Of a stretch of 64,000 nt of DNA, positions 29,283 through 39,574 are shown piece by piece. The translations under genes were made by a program, and so were the position numbers. Source of the stretch: Polyangiaceae bacterium (GTDB taxonomy: Bacteria > Myxococcota_A > Polyangia > Polyangiales > Polyangiaceae). The notes beneath the pieces were generated by a model that worked only from the letters and a program-made list of their open reading frames with translations, was not told the DNA's origin and searched no databases. The stretch is from assembly GCA_965222375.1 (NCBI GenBank), contig CBDCTZ010000008.1, positions 288,001-352,000 on the forward strand, given 5' to 3'. Every line of letters starts with the position of its first letter. The stretch's first letter is position 1.

Positions 29283-31193
29283 TTACTGGCGAAAATGGCG
29301 CGTCAACGCCAGTCCAAGCGCCGTGACGCCCGCGAGCATGAGCAGAGCCGCGAGCCAAGTTGCGCGGAGAGGGCCAACCGTGAGCACCTCCCCGGATGAG
29401 CCTGCGTAGGTCTGGTCGACGACCGTCAGAATGATGCTAGCGCAGAGCAAGACAATGCCCGGCGCTAGCCGGCGCGTGAGCGGTGCATCTGCCCGTTGCT
29501 CGGCCGCGGCGGGCGTTGCCCATCGGGGCGGCTCGGAGGCGCCTCCACCTGGTGGCGCGGACCAGTGCGGTCCGCTTGGTGGTTCCGGGGGAGGAGACCA
29601 ATGAGGCGAGCTCGGTTGGTCCTCGAGCCCCACAGCGCGATGAGCCGTCCCACTGGCGCTGCGTCCAGGCAGATCGACAGCCGCGGTGTGAGTCCCACTC
29701 GATGTGCGAGCTCTGGGTACGCCGTGAAGAGCATCCCCCAGCGGCACCTCCAGACCCGACCCCGACGGCGCGGTTGGGCGAGCCGCCGGGACGTGGCCGG
29801 TCCCGCTGGCCGTCCGAGAACGACTCGGCGGTCCGGAGCTGGACGAGCCAGCCGATTGGGTTGGTATGGGCCAGTTCGGAGCGCTGGCTGAGCCGCGCTG
29901 AGCAGGGCGCTCGCCCGGGGGCAAGTCGAGGGCAAAGTCCACGGCAGCACCCTCACTGTCATCCAGATCGAGTTCCCCCACAACGGGTGGCAGGGCGGTT
30001 CCAGACGTGGTCCGGCGCCGGCTGACCGCCGGCGCGTCTCCGAGCACTAATTCCGGGACCATTTCGGGGGCCAACGCTGTGGCGGACAACGTCTCGGCCT
30101 CGCGCCCTGGCGCCGACGGGGCGCTATGGCTCGGAGGATGCGAAGACATGCGAAGCGCCGCTTCCACTCGTTCCTCTTTTGGAACGTGCCCACCTTCCGC
30201 TCGCGCGTCCCGAGCCCTTGGACTGAAACTCGCGGCAGCTTCTCCACGCACCCCCGCCGCAGTACAGAGTGCATTCCAGAACTTGCCGGCATCGGGATAG
30301 CGGTCTCGGGGATCGACGGCCATCGCCCGGCGGAACACCTCCTCGACATCATCGCTGACCTCCACGCCCTCATGACGCGGCGTCGGCCGGCGGTTCTGAT
30401 CCAAGGCAGTACCCATCATGCCGGCATGGTCACCGTCAATGACGGTTCGCCCCGCCATCAGCTCCACCATGGTGAGGGCCAGCCCCCAAACATCGGTCCA
30501 TGGCCCTGTCTGCCCATACCTTTTCGGCACCCACTGCTCGGGTGCGCCATAGGCCGGGGTGAAGGAGGACAGGGCACTGTGGGTTTGGCTGGCACGCCCA
30601 GCGACCTGGCTCGCCACACTCTTGGCTTTCCCGATGCCGAAATCGAGGATCTTGACGACCTCCTCACCCGCAACCTTCGCGACGAAGATGTTCTCGGGCT
30701 TCAAGTCTCGATGAACGACGGAGATCGGCCCATCGGGCCCCATGAAGTTGTGAGCGCGCTCGAGCGCCCGGGCGACCGGCGTCAGCAGCCGGATCAGCTT
30801 CTTCAGACTGAGAGGAGAAAGGCCACCCTCCTTGCGGTGCTCCATGATGGCCTCGAGGGTTTCCCCTTCGAGCCACTCCAACGCCATGAAGGGCACAAAC
30901 GTCCCGGTGTCCAAAGTCACAGCATCAATGTGCAGCGGACGAACCACCGTTGGGATGCTCGCAGACAACCTGAACAACAACTCTGCTTCAGCCCGAAATT
31001 GTTCCAGAAATTCCGCTTGATGCTCAGCGCTCAGCTGCTGGGGCGTCTTCAGACACTTGAGGGCGACAGGAGCTCGAAATCCTCCGTGATGCGCGCGATA
31101 CACGACGCCGAAGCCCCCCTCGGCGACGACCCGCTCCACCTCGTAGGTCCCGGCGATGACCTTGCCGACGATTCCGAAGACATCTTCGGTCAT
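29283..31193 (-). CDS. Ser/Thr protein kinase (RD type) with C-terminal TM hairpin
   Basis: EGGFGVVY, VALK, HRDLKPEN, DFG, APEQ, TDVW. Confidence 0.93.
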   Translation of the reverse strand: MTEDVFGIVGKVIAGTYEVERVVAEGGFGVVYRAHHGGFRAPVALKCLKTPQQLSAEHQAEFLEQFRAEAELLFRLSASIPTVVRPLHIDAVTLDTGTFVPFMALEWLEGETLEAIMEHRKEGGLSPLSLKKLIRLLTPVARALERAHNFMGPDGPISVVHRDLKPENIFVAKVAGEEVVKILDFGIGKAKSVASQVAGRASQTHSALSSFTPAYGAPEQWVPKRYGQTGPWTDVWGLALTMVELMAGRTVIDGDHAGMMGTALDQNRRPTPRHEGVEVSDDVEEVFRRAMAVDPRDRYPDAGKFWNALCTAAGVRGEAAASFSPRARDARAEGGHVPKEERVEAALRMSSHPPSHSAPSAPGREAETLSATALAPEMVPELVLGDAPAVSRRRTTSGTALPPVVGELDLDDSEGAAVDFALDLPPGERPAQRGSASAPNWPIPTQSAGSSSSGPPSRSRTASGTGHVPAARPTAPSGSGLEVPLGDALHGVPRARTSSGTHTAAVDLPGRSASGTAHRAVGLEDQPSSPHWSPPPEPPSGPHWSAPPGGGASEPPRWATPAAAEQRADAPLTRRLAPGIVLLCASIILTVVDQTYAGSSGEVLTVGPLRATWLAALLMLAGVTALGLALTRHFRQ

Positions 31194-31246
31194 CTTCCCC
31201 GCCTCAACCTCTTACTCGCACTTCCATGAGCCTATCAGATTGAATG

Positions 31247-33181
31247 TCAGTGGTCCTTAGGCAGCAGGTGAAACACCAGCAGCCCCAGGCCAATCGCGAG
31301 CAGGATCCCCGCAATGAGCGTAGCGCTGATCGGCCCTGCAGCCAGCGCCTCCCCCGCCATTCCTTGGTACACGCGTCCACCCAGTCCGATCACGATAGCC
31401 GCTCCGACCATTCCCAGGCCAATCTTGAGTAGGGGAATTGGGGCCTTCTGTTTCGCTCCGGCCGCTGCCATCTGCACTTGAAACGCGTGCCGCGCCTCTG
31501 CTCGGGTGGGCAGATCAGGGCCGCGGTCATCCAGGGCGATATCCGACGTGGACGCGCGTGGCGCCGACGGCAACGGTGCTTCGCCCCCGAAGGAGATCGG
31601 CGCTGGAGCTGGGGATGGCACTTCGGGCTGTGAAAGACCGGTCCGCTCAAGTAGGTCAGCGTCCTCGGCCGGCGCCTGTTGCGGCGGCGCCTTTGCAGCT
31701 CGCTTCGAACTGGGCGGCGGCGGCGGTGGTTCGAGTTCGAAGTCAAAACTCGCCGGGGGCGCCGACTCCTGCTCTGGCGGCACGCTCGGAATCGCCGCCT
31801 CGGATCCGAATCCGCCTCCACTCGCTTCCGGAGGGAGCTTGCTGATGGTCGCCTCTGGCGAAACACTCGGGATGGGCGCTTCCCCGCCGAAGCCCCCGCC
31901 GATGGAAATCGGCACGTTCGGAACACTTGGTATCGGAGCCTCCAAGTCGGCTCCCGTGAGTGCCTCCTCTCCACCCCCCAGGTCATCATCGCCGAAGGGG
32001 TCGTCGATGCCCAAGGTCGCTCGAGTCTGTCCACCAGGCCGTGGAGGCGGCGGCCGCTTGGCCGCGGGTCGAGGCGGCGGCATTCGCGCGTTCGCTGGAA
32101 TTGCCGCTTCAATCACCTCTTCTCTGGGCACGCTGCCGGCTTCCCGCCGTGCGTCCCGCGAGCGGGTGTCTCGCATTCCGAGGGCGCCTGTGAGTTCCTC
32201 CCAGAACAACCCTACGTCCCGCTGCCTCTCCCGTGGGTCGACGGATAGCGCACGTACAAACACCCGCTCCACGCTGGGGTCGAGCTGCACTCCCAGCGAC
32301 TTGGGAGTCGGGCGAACGGTCTTGTCCAGGGCCGCCGCCATCATTTGATTAGCATCGCCGTCCAACGCCGGTTTGCCCGAGAGGGCCTCGGTCATCGTCA
32401 GCGCCAAGCCCCAGACGTCAGTCCACGGACCAACCGCTCCGAACTGTTCGGGCCGCCATTGCTCCGGAGCGGCAAATGCCGGCGTAAACCAAGCGCCTCC
32501 CTTCCTACCCGTGGCGCGGCCAGCAACCTGGCTCGCAACGGACTGGGCCTTGGCGACACCGAAGTCCAAGACCTTAACCACCTCGTCGCCGCTGACCTTG
32601 GCGATGAAGATGTTTTCCGGCTTGATGTCACAGTGGACAACGGAAACCGAACCGGCCCGACCGTGGAAGTTGTGCGCGCGCGCCAGGGCGTCCGCAGCTG
32701 GCGCCAGCAGGCGCACCAGCTTTCGGACCGGAAAAGACGCGCGACCGTGACTGCCACGGCGTTCGAGCAATTCACTCAAAGTCTCGCCCTGAAGCCACTC
32801 GAGGACCATGTAGGGCACAAACGTGCCGTCAGACGTGGTCAGAGCGTCGATGTGCAGCGGCCGCACCACCGTGGAGATGCTTGCCGACAGTTCGAACAGT
32901 AGCTCCCCCTCAGCGCGGAACTGCCCGAGGAACGCCGTCTGCCGCTCTGCGGAAAGCTTCTCAGGCAGCTTCAGGCATTTGAGGGCAACCGGCGCCTTGA
33001 AGCCTTGGTGCTCCGCTCGGTACACCACCGAGAAGCCACCTTCCGCAACGACCGCCTCGACTCGATAGGCACCCGCGATGATGTTACCGACGATGCCGAA
33101 GACGTCCGCGACCATGGGGGGCATTGCTACCATACCCGTGTTCGACGACGGACGCGCGCCCGAAAACACGCCCTTGGCCAC
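31247..33181 (-). CDS. Ser/Thr protein kinase (non-RD, HCD) with C-terminal TM hairpin
   Basis: EGGFSVVY, VALK, HCDIKPEN, DFG, APEQ, TDVW. Alignment to the paralog favours a start at 33115. Confidence 0.92.
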   Translation of the reverse strand: MAKGVFSGARPSSNTGMVAMPPMVADVFGIVGNIIAGAYRVEAVVAEGGFSVVYRAEHQGFKAPVALKCLKLPEKLSAERQTAFLGQFRAEGELLFELSASISTVVRPLHIDALTTSDGTFVPYMVLEWLQGETLSELLERRGSHGRASFPVRKLVRLLAPAADALARAHNFHGRAGSVSVVHCDIKPENIFIAKVSGDEVVKVLDFGVAKAQSVASQVAGRATGRKGGAWFTPAFAAPEQWRPEQFGAVGPWTDVWGLALTMTEALSGKPALDGDANQMMAAALDKTVRPTPKSLGVQLDPSVERVFVRALSVDPRERQRDVGLFWEELTGALGMRDTRSRDARREAGSVPREEVIEAAIPANARMPPPRPAAKRPPPPRPGGQTRATLGIDDPFGDDDLGGGEEALTGADLEAPIPSVPNVPISIGGGFGGEAPIPSVSPEATISKLPPEASGGGFGSEAAIPSVPPEQESAPPASFDFELEPPPPPPSSKRAAKAPPQQAPAEDADLLERTGLSQPEVPSPAPAPISFGGEAPLPSAPRASTSDIALDDRGPDLPTRAEARHAFQVQMAAAGAKQKAPIPLLKIGLGMVGAAIVIGLGGRVYQGMAGEALAAGPISATLIAGILLAIGLGLLVFHLLPKDH

Positions 33182-33213
33182 AAATCGGCCTGCGGCGCGT
33201 GGTCGTGGCTTTC

Positions 33214-34698
33214 CTACTGAACCTGGGAGATCCCGATTTGACGGCGCAATCGTTGGTAGCGCTCACCGCAGGCGAATACGATCAGGTCCTTGAACATGGG
33301 CCCGGATTCACCCTCTTCGGCCCGCAGGATGTCTCGGGCGGTGCATAGATCGTTGGAGAGCAACAGGCCAGCACGGCAAGCGGTTTTGTCCACGGATTCG
33401 CTCCACCGCAGCAGATTGGTCCGGCCCCCGTCTTCAACGAAGCGTAGGAAGTACCCGCGCAACGCGTCGGTCTGTTGGGGCTCGAGCACCGGCTCGATGG
33501 CCTTCGCGATGGGAGCCACGCGTCGCTTCATGTCCTCGGCGATCGGCAGGCTCGGGCTTCCGACGGTCAGGGCAGCCAGAAACAGATCCTCCAGGTCCGG
33601 CACCGCAGAGAACAGCGTTTTGACGAAATGCTCGGCTCGGTAGAGGGTCAGGTGGCGCCCCACGAGGAATGCGTGCTCGAGCTGGCTACGACCGCTGAGC
33701 ACCTGATTGCCGATCACTGTGACCGGTGGCACCGCCGGGATGTGCTCGTAGCCAACAGCGCGGTCCTTCTCCAAGTAAATGGGCGGCACCGGTAGGCCGA
33801 GAAACGCCGCACCCCAGGGCACTGCGCGCACAGCTGTTACTGTCGCCGACGCGGCGTCTTGCTTTGAGTCGGGTGAAGCTCGGTGCAGTTTCCCGTCTCG
33901 GCGCAAGGCGGTGACCCGGCCTAGCAAGACGGCAGGGACGATGACCGCGAAGATCTGGCCCGTCACGAGTTCCTGCTGTGGGTGGGCGAGTAACTCGAAC
34001 CACGCGGACTGAGTCACGCTGGTTTTTGGTGCGATCAACGTGTGGCTCCGGCTCGCTTCGAAGAATTTGGTCTCTTCGGCAGTGGCCTGACCTACGGCGA
34101 CCAGCGCTTGAGCGACGCACCAGGCTGCATCCGAATCACCTCGAGCGGTGTGAATCTTGTACAGATCGCGCAGCGCTTCCGGGTGCGTCGGGTCCCGACG
34201 GATCCTGCGCCACGCCTGCTCGGGATCCTCTTTCGCAACCTCGACTTCTGTCTCCATCTCGGTCAGATCGACTTCGACATTGACGTGCGCTTGAGCACGG
34301 CGAAGCTCCTCCTCCAGCTCCACGACGCGTGCTTCGAGATGCTCGATCCGCTTCAGCAGCAGCGTGCGCCCTGGATCTCCCGACGCCTCTACCTGCAACG
34401 GCGCGAGGGACTGGGCGGGTTCTTCGAACCGCTCGACGATGCGAACGCGGTGCCGCGTTTCGTAAGCCGCGACCATGGCCTGTTCGAGGCCCAAGAGCCG
34501 GCTCCGGTCCAGACCGAGGTTGTCCGCGGCTCGCTCGAGGCGTGCGCGCTCATCGGATGTTATGACACCGTCTTCCAGCGCCTCGGCGAAGAGTTCTTCG
34601 TATTGCTGCTCGAGAGGCCCCAACCCCAAGCCACCGCTAACCTCACCAGCAACAAAGCCGGTACCATGCTGAAACTCGCTCTGATTGGGATCCGTCAT
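33214..34698 (-). CDS. Hypothetical: helical N-terminal motif + coiled coil + TPR + myxobacterial C-terminal domain
   Basis: ALEDGVITSDERARL..LGL motif; coiled coil RIEHLEARVVELEEEL; TPR-like DPTHPEALRDLY; C-terminal TACRAGLLLSNDL. Confidence 0.7.
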   Translation of the reverse strand: MTDPNQSEFQHGTGFVAGEVSGGLGLGPLEQQYEELFAEALEDGVITSDERARLERAADNLGLDRSRLLGLEQAMVAAYETRHRVRIVERFEEPAQSLAPLQVEASGDPGRTLLLKRIEHLEARVVELEEELRRAQAHVNVEVDLTEMETEVEVAKEDPEQAWRRIRRDPTHPEALRDLYKIHTARGDSDAAWCVAQALVAVGQATAEETKFFEASRSHTLIAPKTSVTQSAWFELLAHPQQELVTGQIFAVIVPAVLLGRVTALRRDGKLHRASPDSKQDAASATVTAVRAVPWGAAFLGLPVPPIYLEKDRAVGYEHIPAVPPVTVIGNQVLSGRSQLEHAFLVGRHLTLYRAEHFVKTLFSAVPDLEDLFLAALTVGSPSLPIAEDMKRRVAPIAKAIEPVLEPQQTDALRGYFLRFVEDGGRTNLLRWSESVDKTACRAGLLLSNDLCTARDILRAEEGESGPMFKDLIVFACGERYQRLRRQIGISQVQ

Positions 34699-34823
34699 CC
34701 TACATTGTCCTCCCTCGTGCGACCTTTCTTGGACTTTCCCTCAGAACCACCCTTGCGTTCAAGACAGGTGAAAGCCCGGCCGACGTGGTACGCTCTCAGC
34801 CAGCTTTGAGAAGGAGTCAGCTC

Positions 34824-36095
34824 ATGCTTCGTCGATGGACTGCGCTGTTCGCCAGCGTGGGTCTCATGCTGGGATTTTCCGCCTGTAGCAGTGATGATAG
34901 CGGTGGTGGCGGTGGCGGCATTGGCGCCACCGGAGCGGCGGCGGGTAGCGCTGGCGCCGGCGCCGGCGGCGGCGGGGCCGGCAAAGGCGGTCAAGGAACC
35001 GGAGGGGGCATCGTCTTCGATTCCGGGACCGGTGGCGGCAATGTCGATGGGGGTTGCACGTCCTCCACGGCGGTGGGCGAATTGAAACCGGCCAATCTCC
35101 TGTTCGTCATCGACCGGAGCGGCAGCATGAACTGCAACCTTCCGAGCGATGGGCAGACCTCTGCCGAATGCGAGGCGTCGCCAGTCCCGAAGTTCGCGGG
35201 CAAGCCAACCAAATGGGAACTAACCCGCGATGCGCTAAAGCTGGCGATCGACGACTTGGAGCTAACGGGCAACGTCAGCGCGGGCATGGTGGCCTTCCCC
35301 AAGGACACGACGGACTGCGACGTCGAAACCACACCGAATGTCTTGGTGCAAAGCCTCGACGCAACCCAGAATACCGCCCTCGACGGGTTTCTGGATTTCA
35401 TCAAGCCGAAGGGCTCGACCCCCATGGCTGGTGCGACGATTCTCTCCTACGGCTACTTGTTGGCGCAACTGAAGGCCGGGAAGCTACCCGGCAATACCTT
35501 CATCGTGTTGCTCACCGACGGCTTCGAGACTTGCAAGGCGACCGAAATCACCAAGCTGCTCAGTACGGACGTTCCGACCGCGTTCAACGCTCTGGGGATC
35601 CGCACGTTCGTCATCGGCGCTCCAGGCAGCGAAAACGCCCGGGCGTTGCTCTCCCACGTGGCCACCGCAGGTGGAACCGCGAAAACTGGCTGCACGCTGC
35701 CGACCGCGCCAGCCGACTGGAGTCAGTGCAATTCCACCACCCCCCCTGCATCCTGCCCGCAGGGAGACTGTCATTTCGACATGACCACGAGCACGAACTT
35801 CAGCCAGGATCTCAAGGCTGCCCTCGACACGATTAGCGGCAACGTTCTGAGTTGCGAGCTCGACGTGCCCGCGCCACCCGTAGGCAAGAAGATCGACTTC
35901 GATCAGGTCGGTGTTCGGCTCAACGGTAGTGACGTCAAGCGAGACGACTCGGCCCCCTGCGGCTCTGGCGCCAATGGCTGGCAGCTGACCCCCGACAACA
36001 AGAAGATCTTGCTGTGTGGCACCGCCTGCGACGACGCCAAGAAACCCAATTCGAAACTCGAGGTCGTCCTCGGCTGCCTCGTCGACGTGCGCTGA
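34824..36095 (+). CDS. vWA-domain lipoprotein (CglB-like)
   Basis: AGGAG RBS; lipobox FSAC; MIDAS DRSGS...TP...LTDG; Cys-rich. Confidence 0.82.
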   Translation: MLRRWTALFASVGLMLGFSACSSDDSGGGGGGIGATGAAAGSAGAGAGGGGAGKGGQGTGGGIVFDSGTGGGNVDGGCTSSTAVGELKPANLLFVIDRSGSMNCNLPSDGQTSAECEASPVPKFAGKPTKWELTRDALKLAIDDLELTGNVSAGMVAFPKDTTDCDVETTPNVLVQSLDATQNTALDGFLDFIKPKGSTPMAGATILSYGYLLAQLKAGKLPGNTFIVLLTDGFETCKATEITKLLSTDVPTAFNALGIRTFVIGAPGSENARALLSHVATAGGTAKTGCTLPTAPADWSQCNSTTPPASCPQGDCHFDMTTSTNFSQDLKAALDTISGNVLSCELDVPAPPVGKKIDFDQVGVRLNGSDVKRDDSAPCGSGANGWQLTPDNKKILLCGTACDDAKKPNSKLEVVLGCLVDVR

Positions 36096-37276
36096 AACCC
36101 GCCGCGCTCCTGATTTGCGTTGGCTGCGCCGTGGCGGCAATGCGCTGTGCGGCGGCGCCCGCGGGGCCGTCCGCGGACACCGCCAAGCCAGCCGCGCCCA
36201 CGCCCACGCCACCAACGCGCGTCCTAGTACCGGTATCTACCGTGGACGCCGCCCCCCCCAGGGACGCCACCCTCGACGCGACTCCCCCGGATGCAGCGAC
36301 GGAAGCGTCGAGCGCTCCGCCTCCCATCGATCGCATCGTTGTCGAGGCGCCGCACCGATTGTATGAACGCCCACGTCCGCGAGGTCAGGTGGCTGCGGCG
36401 GGTGCTGACGAGACCCTGGCCCGCTGGAACGTCGGAGGGACGGGCGACCCCGACTTCAAATCCAATCGACGGGGCTACCACCCTGGCGCTCGAGTACGCG
36501 TCGACACGCAGCTGCTCCGCGGCCGTATGCCCAAGCGCCTACGGCGCAACCGGCGGACGGGTCGGTACCCGAAAGTCCTGAGCCACCGGAGCCTACTTGC
36601 GCGATCGCGCAAGTACGGCTACTGGCCGTTCCGGCTGTGTTTCGAAGACGGGCTTCGAGAAAACCAGCGACTCAAAGGCAAGACGGTGCTGCGTCTGGTC
36701 ATCAACGGCCGCGGTCGAGTGTCGTCTGCGCGACTGTCTTCCAGCAAACTCAAGGACACCGTCGTCGTGGAGTGCCTCCGAGACCGCGCCCGCGCCCTCA
36801 CCTATCCGCCACCACCACGCGGGCGCAGTGTCGTGGTGCGACTCACAGTGGCGTTGTGGCCCGGGGACGCGCCGGTTCTGCGGGTTGGTCCTCCCCGGGG
36901 GGAGTCCTTCGACAACCCGGGCAAGATCGACGAGACCGCGCTCGAGAAGTCTTTGGCGACCCTCGTGCCACAAGTCGCTGACTGCTACGCGCAAGGTCTT
37001 GCTCGCGACTCCGGTCTGTGGGGTCGCATCGCGCTGCGGCTAGATGTGTCGGAGCGGGGCAAGCTGGGTCGTGTCAAAGAGTACGAGAGCCGCTTCCCGG
37101 ACCGCAGCGTCTCGCGCTGCGTACGGAAACTCGCCGGGACAATGCGACTACCCGCCCCGGAAGGAGGCGCGGTGTCCGTAGTTGCCGCATTCCGACTCGG
37201 CCAGCCCCCAGAGCCCAAACCGGTGGAGGCGGACGCCGGTGGCACGAATGCAGACAAGGACGCCCGCGCGGACTGA
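36092..37276 (+). CDS. Exported protein with two AgmX/PglI-type (TonB C-terminal-like) domains
   Basis: FRLCFEDGLRENQRLKG...GRV...VVECL and VADCYAQGLARDSGLWG...VSRCV. Start uncertain (CTG 36092 or ATG 36140). Confidence 0.72.
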   Translation: MKPAALLICVGCAVAAMRCAAAPAGPSADTAKPAAPTPTPPTRVLVPVSTVDAAPPRDATLDATPPDAATEASSAPPPIDRIVVEAPHRLYERPRPRGQVAAAGADETLARWNVGGTGDPDFKSNRRGYHPGARVRVDTQLLRGRMPKRLRRNRRTGRYPKVLSHRSLLARSRKYGYWPFRLCFEDGLRENQRLKGKTVLRLVINGRGRVSSARLSSSKLKDTVVVECLRDRARALTYPPPPRGRSVVVRLTVALWPGDAPVLRVGPPRGESFDNPGKIDETALEKSLATLVPQVADCYAQGLARDSGLWGRIALRLDVSERGKLGRVKEYESRFPDRSVSRCVRKLAGTMRLPAPEGGAVSVVAAFRLGQPPEPKPVEADAGGTNADKDARAD

Positions 37277-37288
37277 GCTGCGCCTGCC

Positions 37289-38746
37289 TCACTCCTCGGA
37301 CTCGATGGCATGACGACGCTCCGCCGCACTGGTGCGGACGTCTCCCGAGAGGATCAGCATGACTCCGTGTGCGGTGTAGTCCACCGTCGTGACCCCCGCG
37401 GTTGGACCAAAAATGTCTTCTGTTGCCCGCCGCCCACTACCGTAGCGGTAAGCGACTCCGTAGGAGGTTTCCACGGCACCGGATTTCAGCCCGAAACCGA
37501 AGGTGAACGTCCACCAATCGATCAATGAATTCGGGATACCGTCCGTGCTCGACGTGGACACATCGCGATCCGACAGGAATCCAGCTCGAAGCGCTAGGTC
37601 TTCGGTCGCGAAATACTCCGCGCCCAGGGAGACGTTGACCACACCCCGGGTTCCAAACTCGTAGTTGAACCGGTCTCGAAGCTCGGCAACTGGAAAGCCG
37701 GTTTCCGTATCGATGTCGACGGTCTCCAATTGCCCCTTTTCGAAGCGGCTCCAGGCGGGCGAAAAATGCGCATCCAGGGCGACGGCCAGGCTCCGCGGGC
37801 GGTCGTAGGCAACGCCCAGTGACACCCTGGGTGGACGCGAGATATCAAACTCCTTGAACTCCCCCCGCGCGCTGGTGCGAGCCGCAATCTGCGCGCCCGT
37901 GCTTTGATCGAAGAACGTGCGATCCGTCGTTTCGACCAACGTCCCGCCGCCGAAGATGGGAAGCCCCGGAGATTCCAGCGCAACGCCTAGCCACAACTCG
38001 TCGAGCATGCGCAGCTGCGCCCCGGCCACCGCCGCCAGCCCCACGGAATAGGCATCGACTTGTACACGAGAGTTGAACGTCTGCGGGAACTCGTTCCCAC
38101 CCTGGATATCGCTGATCAAAGACAGCTCGTGGGAATCCTCGGTCAACACCGAATAGGAGCCCAGCGCACTGATCCCAACACGGAACCTCTCACCAAACTG
38201 GGCCGCATAGGAAGGGCCCGCCAAATACTGCTTGAGGGACTCGGTCACTATTGAATCCGCCGCAAGCCGGGCTTGGCTACCGCGTGCGCGAAAGGTTCCT
38301 ACGGATGTCGACGCGTTGTGAGTCACCGTGGACAGGCCGATCCCGACCGCATGCGAGACCTTCGCGCTCTCGCCCCCCAACTGCTTCACGTAGACTAGCG
38401 TGGACGGCGTGATGACCAGCTGATCGAGGTCGAAGCGTTCCTCTTCAACGCGGACATCATTTCCAAAGCTCGGGTCGAGACCATTGGGTCGGTAGAACTT
38501 GTCTACTTTGGCGCGGGAAAGGCTGTAGATGCTCGCGGAGATGGACAGAATGTCCGTCGGGATCCCCACGATTCCCGCGGGGTTCAAATAGGGCATCGCG
38601 CTGTCCGAGCCGGCAGCCACACCCGCGCCTCCCATCGTTGCGGTCCGACCGCCTAAAGGCACGTCGCGGAGGTTCTGTGCCTGCACCGGAGCCGTACAAA
38701 CCAGCACCACCAATGCGCCCACAATCCTATGCCAATGAACTGTCAC
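37289..38746 (-). CDS. Outer-membrane beta-barrel, FadL/OmpP1-like
   Basis: Signal peptide; GGRTATMGGAGVA...YLNPAG hatch motif; alternating beta strands. Confidence 0.78.
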   Translation of the reverse strand: MTVHWHRIVGALVVLVCTAPVQAQNLRDVPLGGRTATMGGAGVAAGSDSAMPYLNPAGIVGIPTDILSISASIYSLSRAKVDKFYRPNGLDPSFGNDVRVEEERFDLDQLVITPSTLVYVKQLGGESAKVSHAVGIGLSTVTHNASTSVGTFRARGSQARLAADSIVTESLKQYLAGPSYAAQFGERFRVGISALGSYSVLTEDSHELSLISDIQGGNEFPQTFNSRVQVDAYSVGLAAVAGAQLRMLDELWLGVALESPGLPIFGGGTLVETTDRTFFDQSTGAQIAARTSARGEFKEFDISRPPRVSLGVAYDRPRSLAVALDAHFSPAWSRFEKGQLETVDIDTETGFPVAELRDRFNYEFGTRGVVNVSLGAEYFATEDLALRAGFLSDRDVSTSSTDGIPNSLIDWWTFTFGFGLKSGAVETSYGVAYRYGSGRRATEDIFGPTAGVTTVDYTAHGVMLILSGDVRTSAAERRHAIESEE

Positions 38747-38971
38747 GGAGCCTCGCTTGTCTCGAGCGGGGCCCCCAGTCCGAAGGATCGGTTCTTGCTC
38801 GATGGTCGTAAAACGACCCTCGTGTCCTTCCTGAGCATCCCTCCGCCCAGTCCCAGGGATACCACGCTTTGGGCTGCCCGAGCTTTGCGCGCTGATGCGA
38901 CTTCCCTAATCTGGAACTGTTCCAGCCAGTGTCGGCCTCGCACCTTGGTGTCCATGGCGGTGCATGGTTTG

Positions 38972-39454
38972 ATGGATGAACACCTCGTGCGGTACATCCT
39001 GGTCGCTTTTGTCGTCATCCCGCTGGTGGAGCTCTACCTGCTGCTCTGGCTCGGCTCGCTGATCGGTTTTTGGCCAACGGTGGCGATCACCGTGGTCACG
39101 GGCGTGCTGGGCGGCAGCCTGGCGAAACGGGAGGGATTGCGGGTGTATCGGCAGTGGCGGGACGCCCTGGATGAAATGCGCGCTCCAGAAACTGGAATCG
39201 TCGAAGGAGTTCTGGTGCTGCTCGGCGGCGCGCTGCTGATCACACCAGGCGTGCTCACGGACATCACCGGCGTGTTGCTGCTCCTGCCGCCGACCCGACG
39301 CCCGATCGCCGCTCGGGTGCGCCGTGCCGTAGACGCGCGTCTGGCTACCGGCCAGCTCGTGGACCCAGGCCCGATCGACTTCCACGTGCCAGACCAGGAC
39401 CCGCGCCAAACAGGCGCCACCCCAATCGAAACGGAAGGCCGCGAAGTGGACTGA
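38972..39454 (+). CDS. fxsA: FxsA-family membrane protein
   Basis: IPLVELYLL, IGFWPT, GGALLITPGVLTD, LLLLPPTR. Start uncertain (38954/38972/38987). Confidence 0.88.
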   Translation: MDEHLVRYILVAFVVIPLVELYLLLWLGSLIGFWPTVAITVVTGVLGGSLAKREGLRVYRQWRDALDEMRAPETGIVEGVLVLLGGALLITPGVLTDITGVLLLLPPTRRPIAARVRRAVDARLATGQLVDPGPIDFHVPDQDPRQTGATPIETEGREVD

Positions 39455-39574
39455 GGCGGCGGGGCCATGGCGGCCTCACCCGCCCGTGCCGCCTCGGATA
39501 AGAAAAGGCCGTTCACAAAACGACGACGCCCGCGCGCGAATGCGAGCGGGCGTCGACGAGTTCGGCGACAGGAC

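Noticed and set aside
38790..38930. Short palindromes GGTCGT-AAA-ACGACC and CTGGAAC-T-GTTCCAG in the fadL-like/fxsA intergenic region
   Set aside because: Short and isolated, with no recognisable consensus; could be chance.
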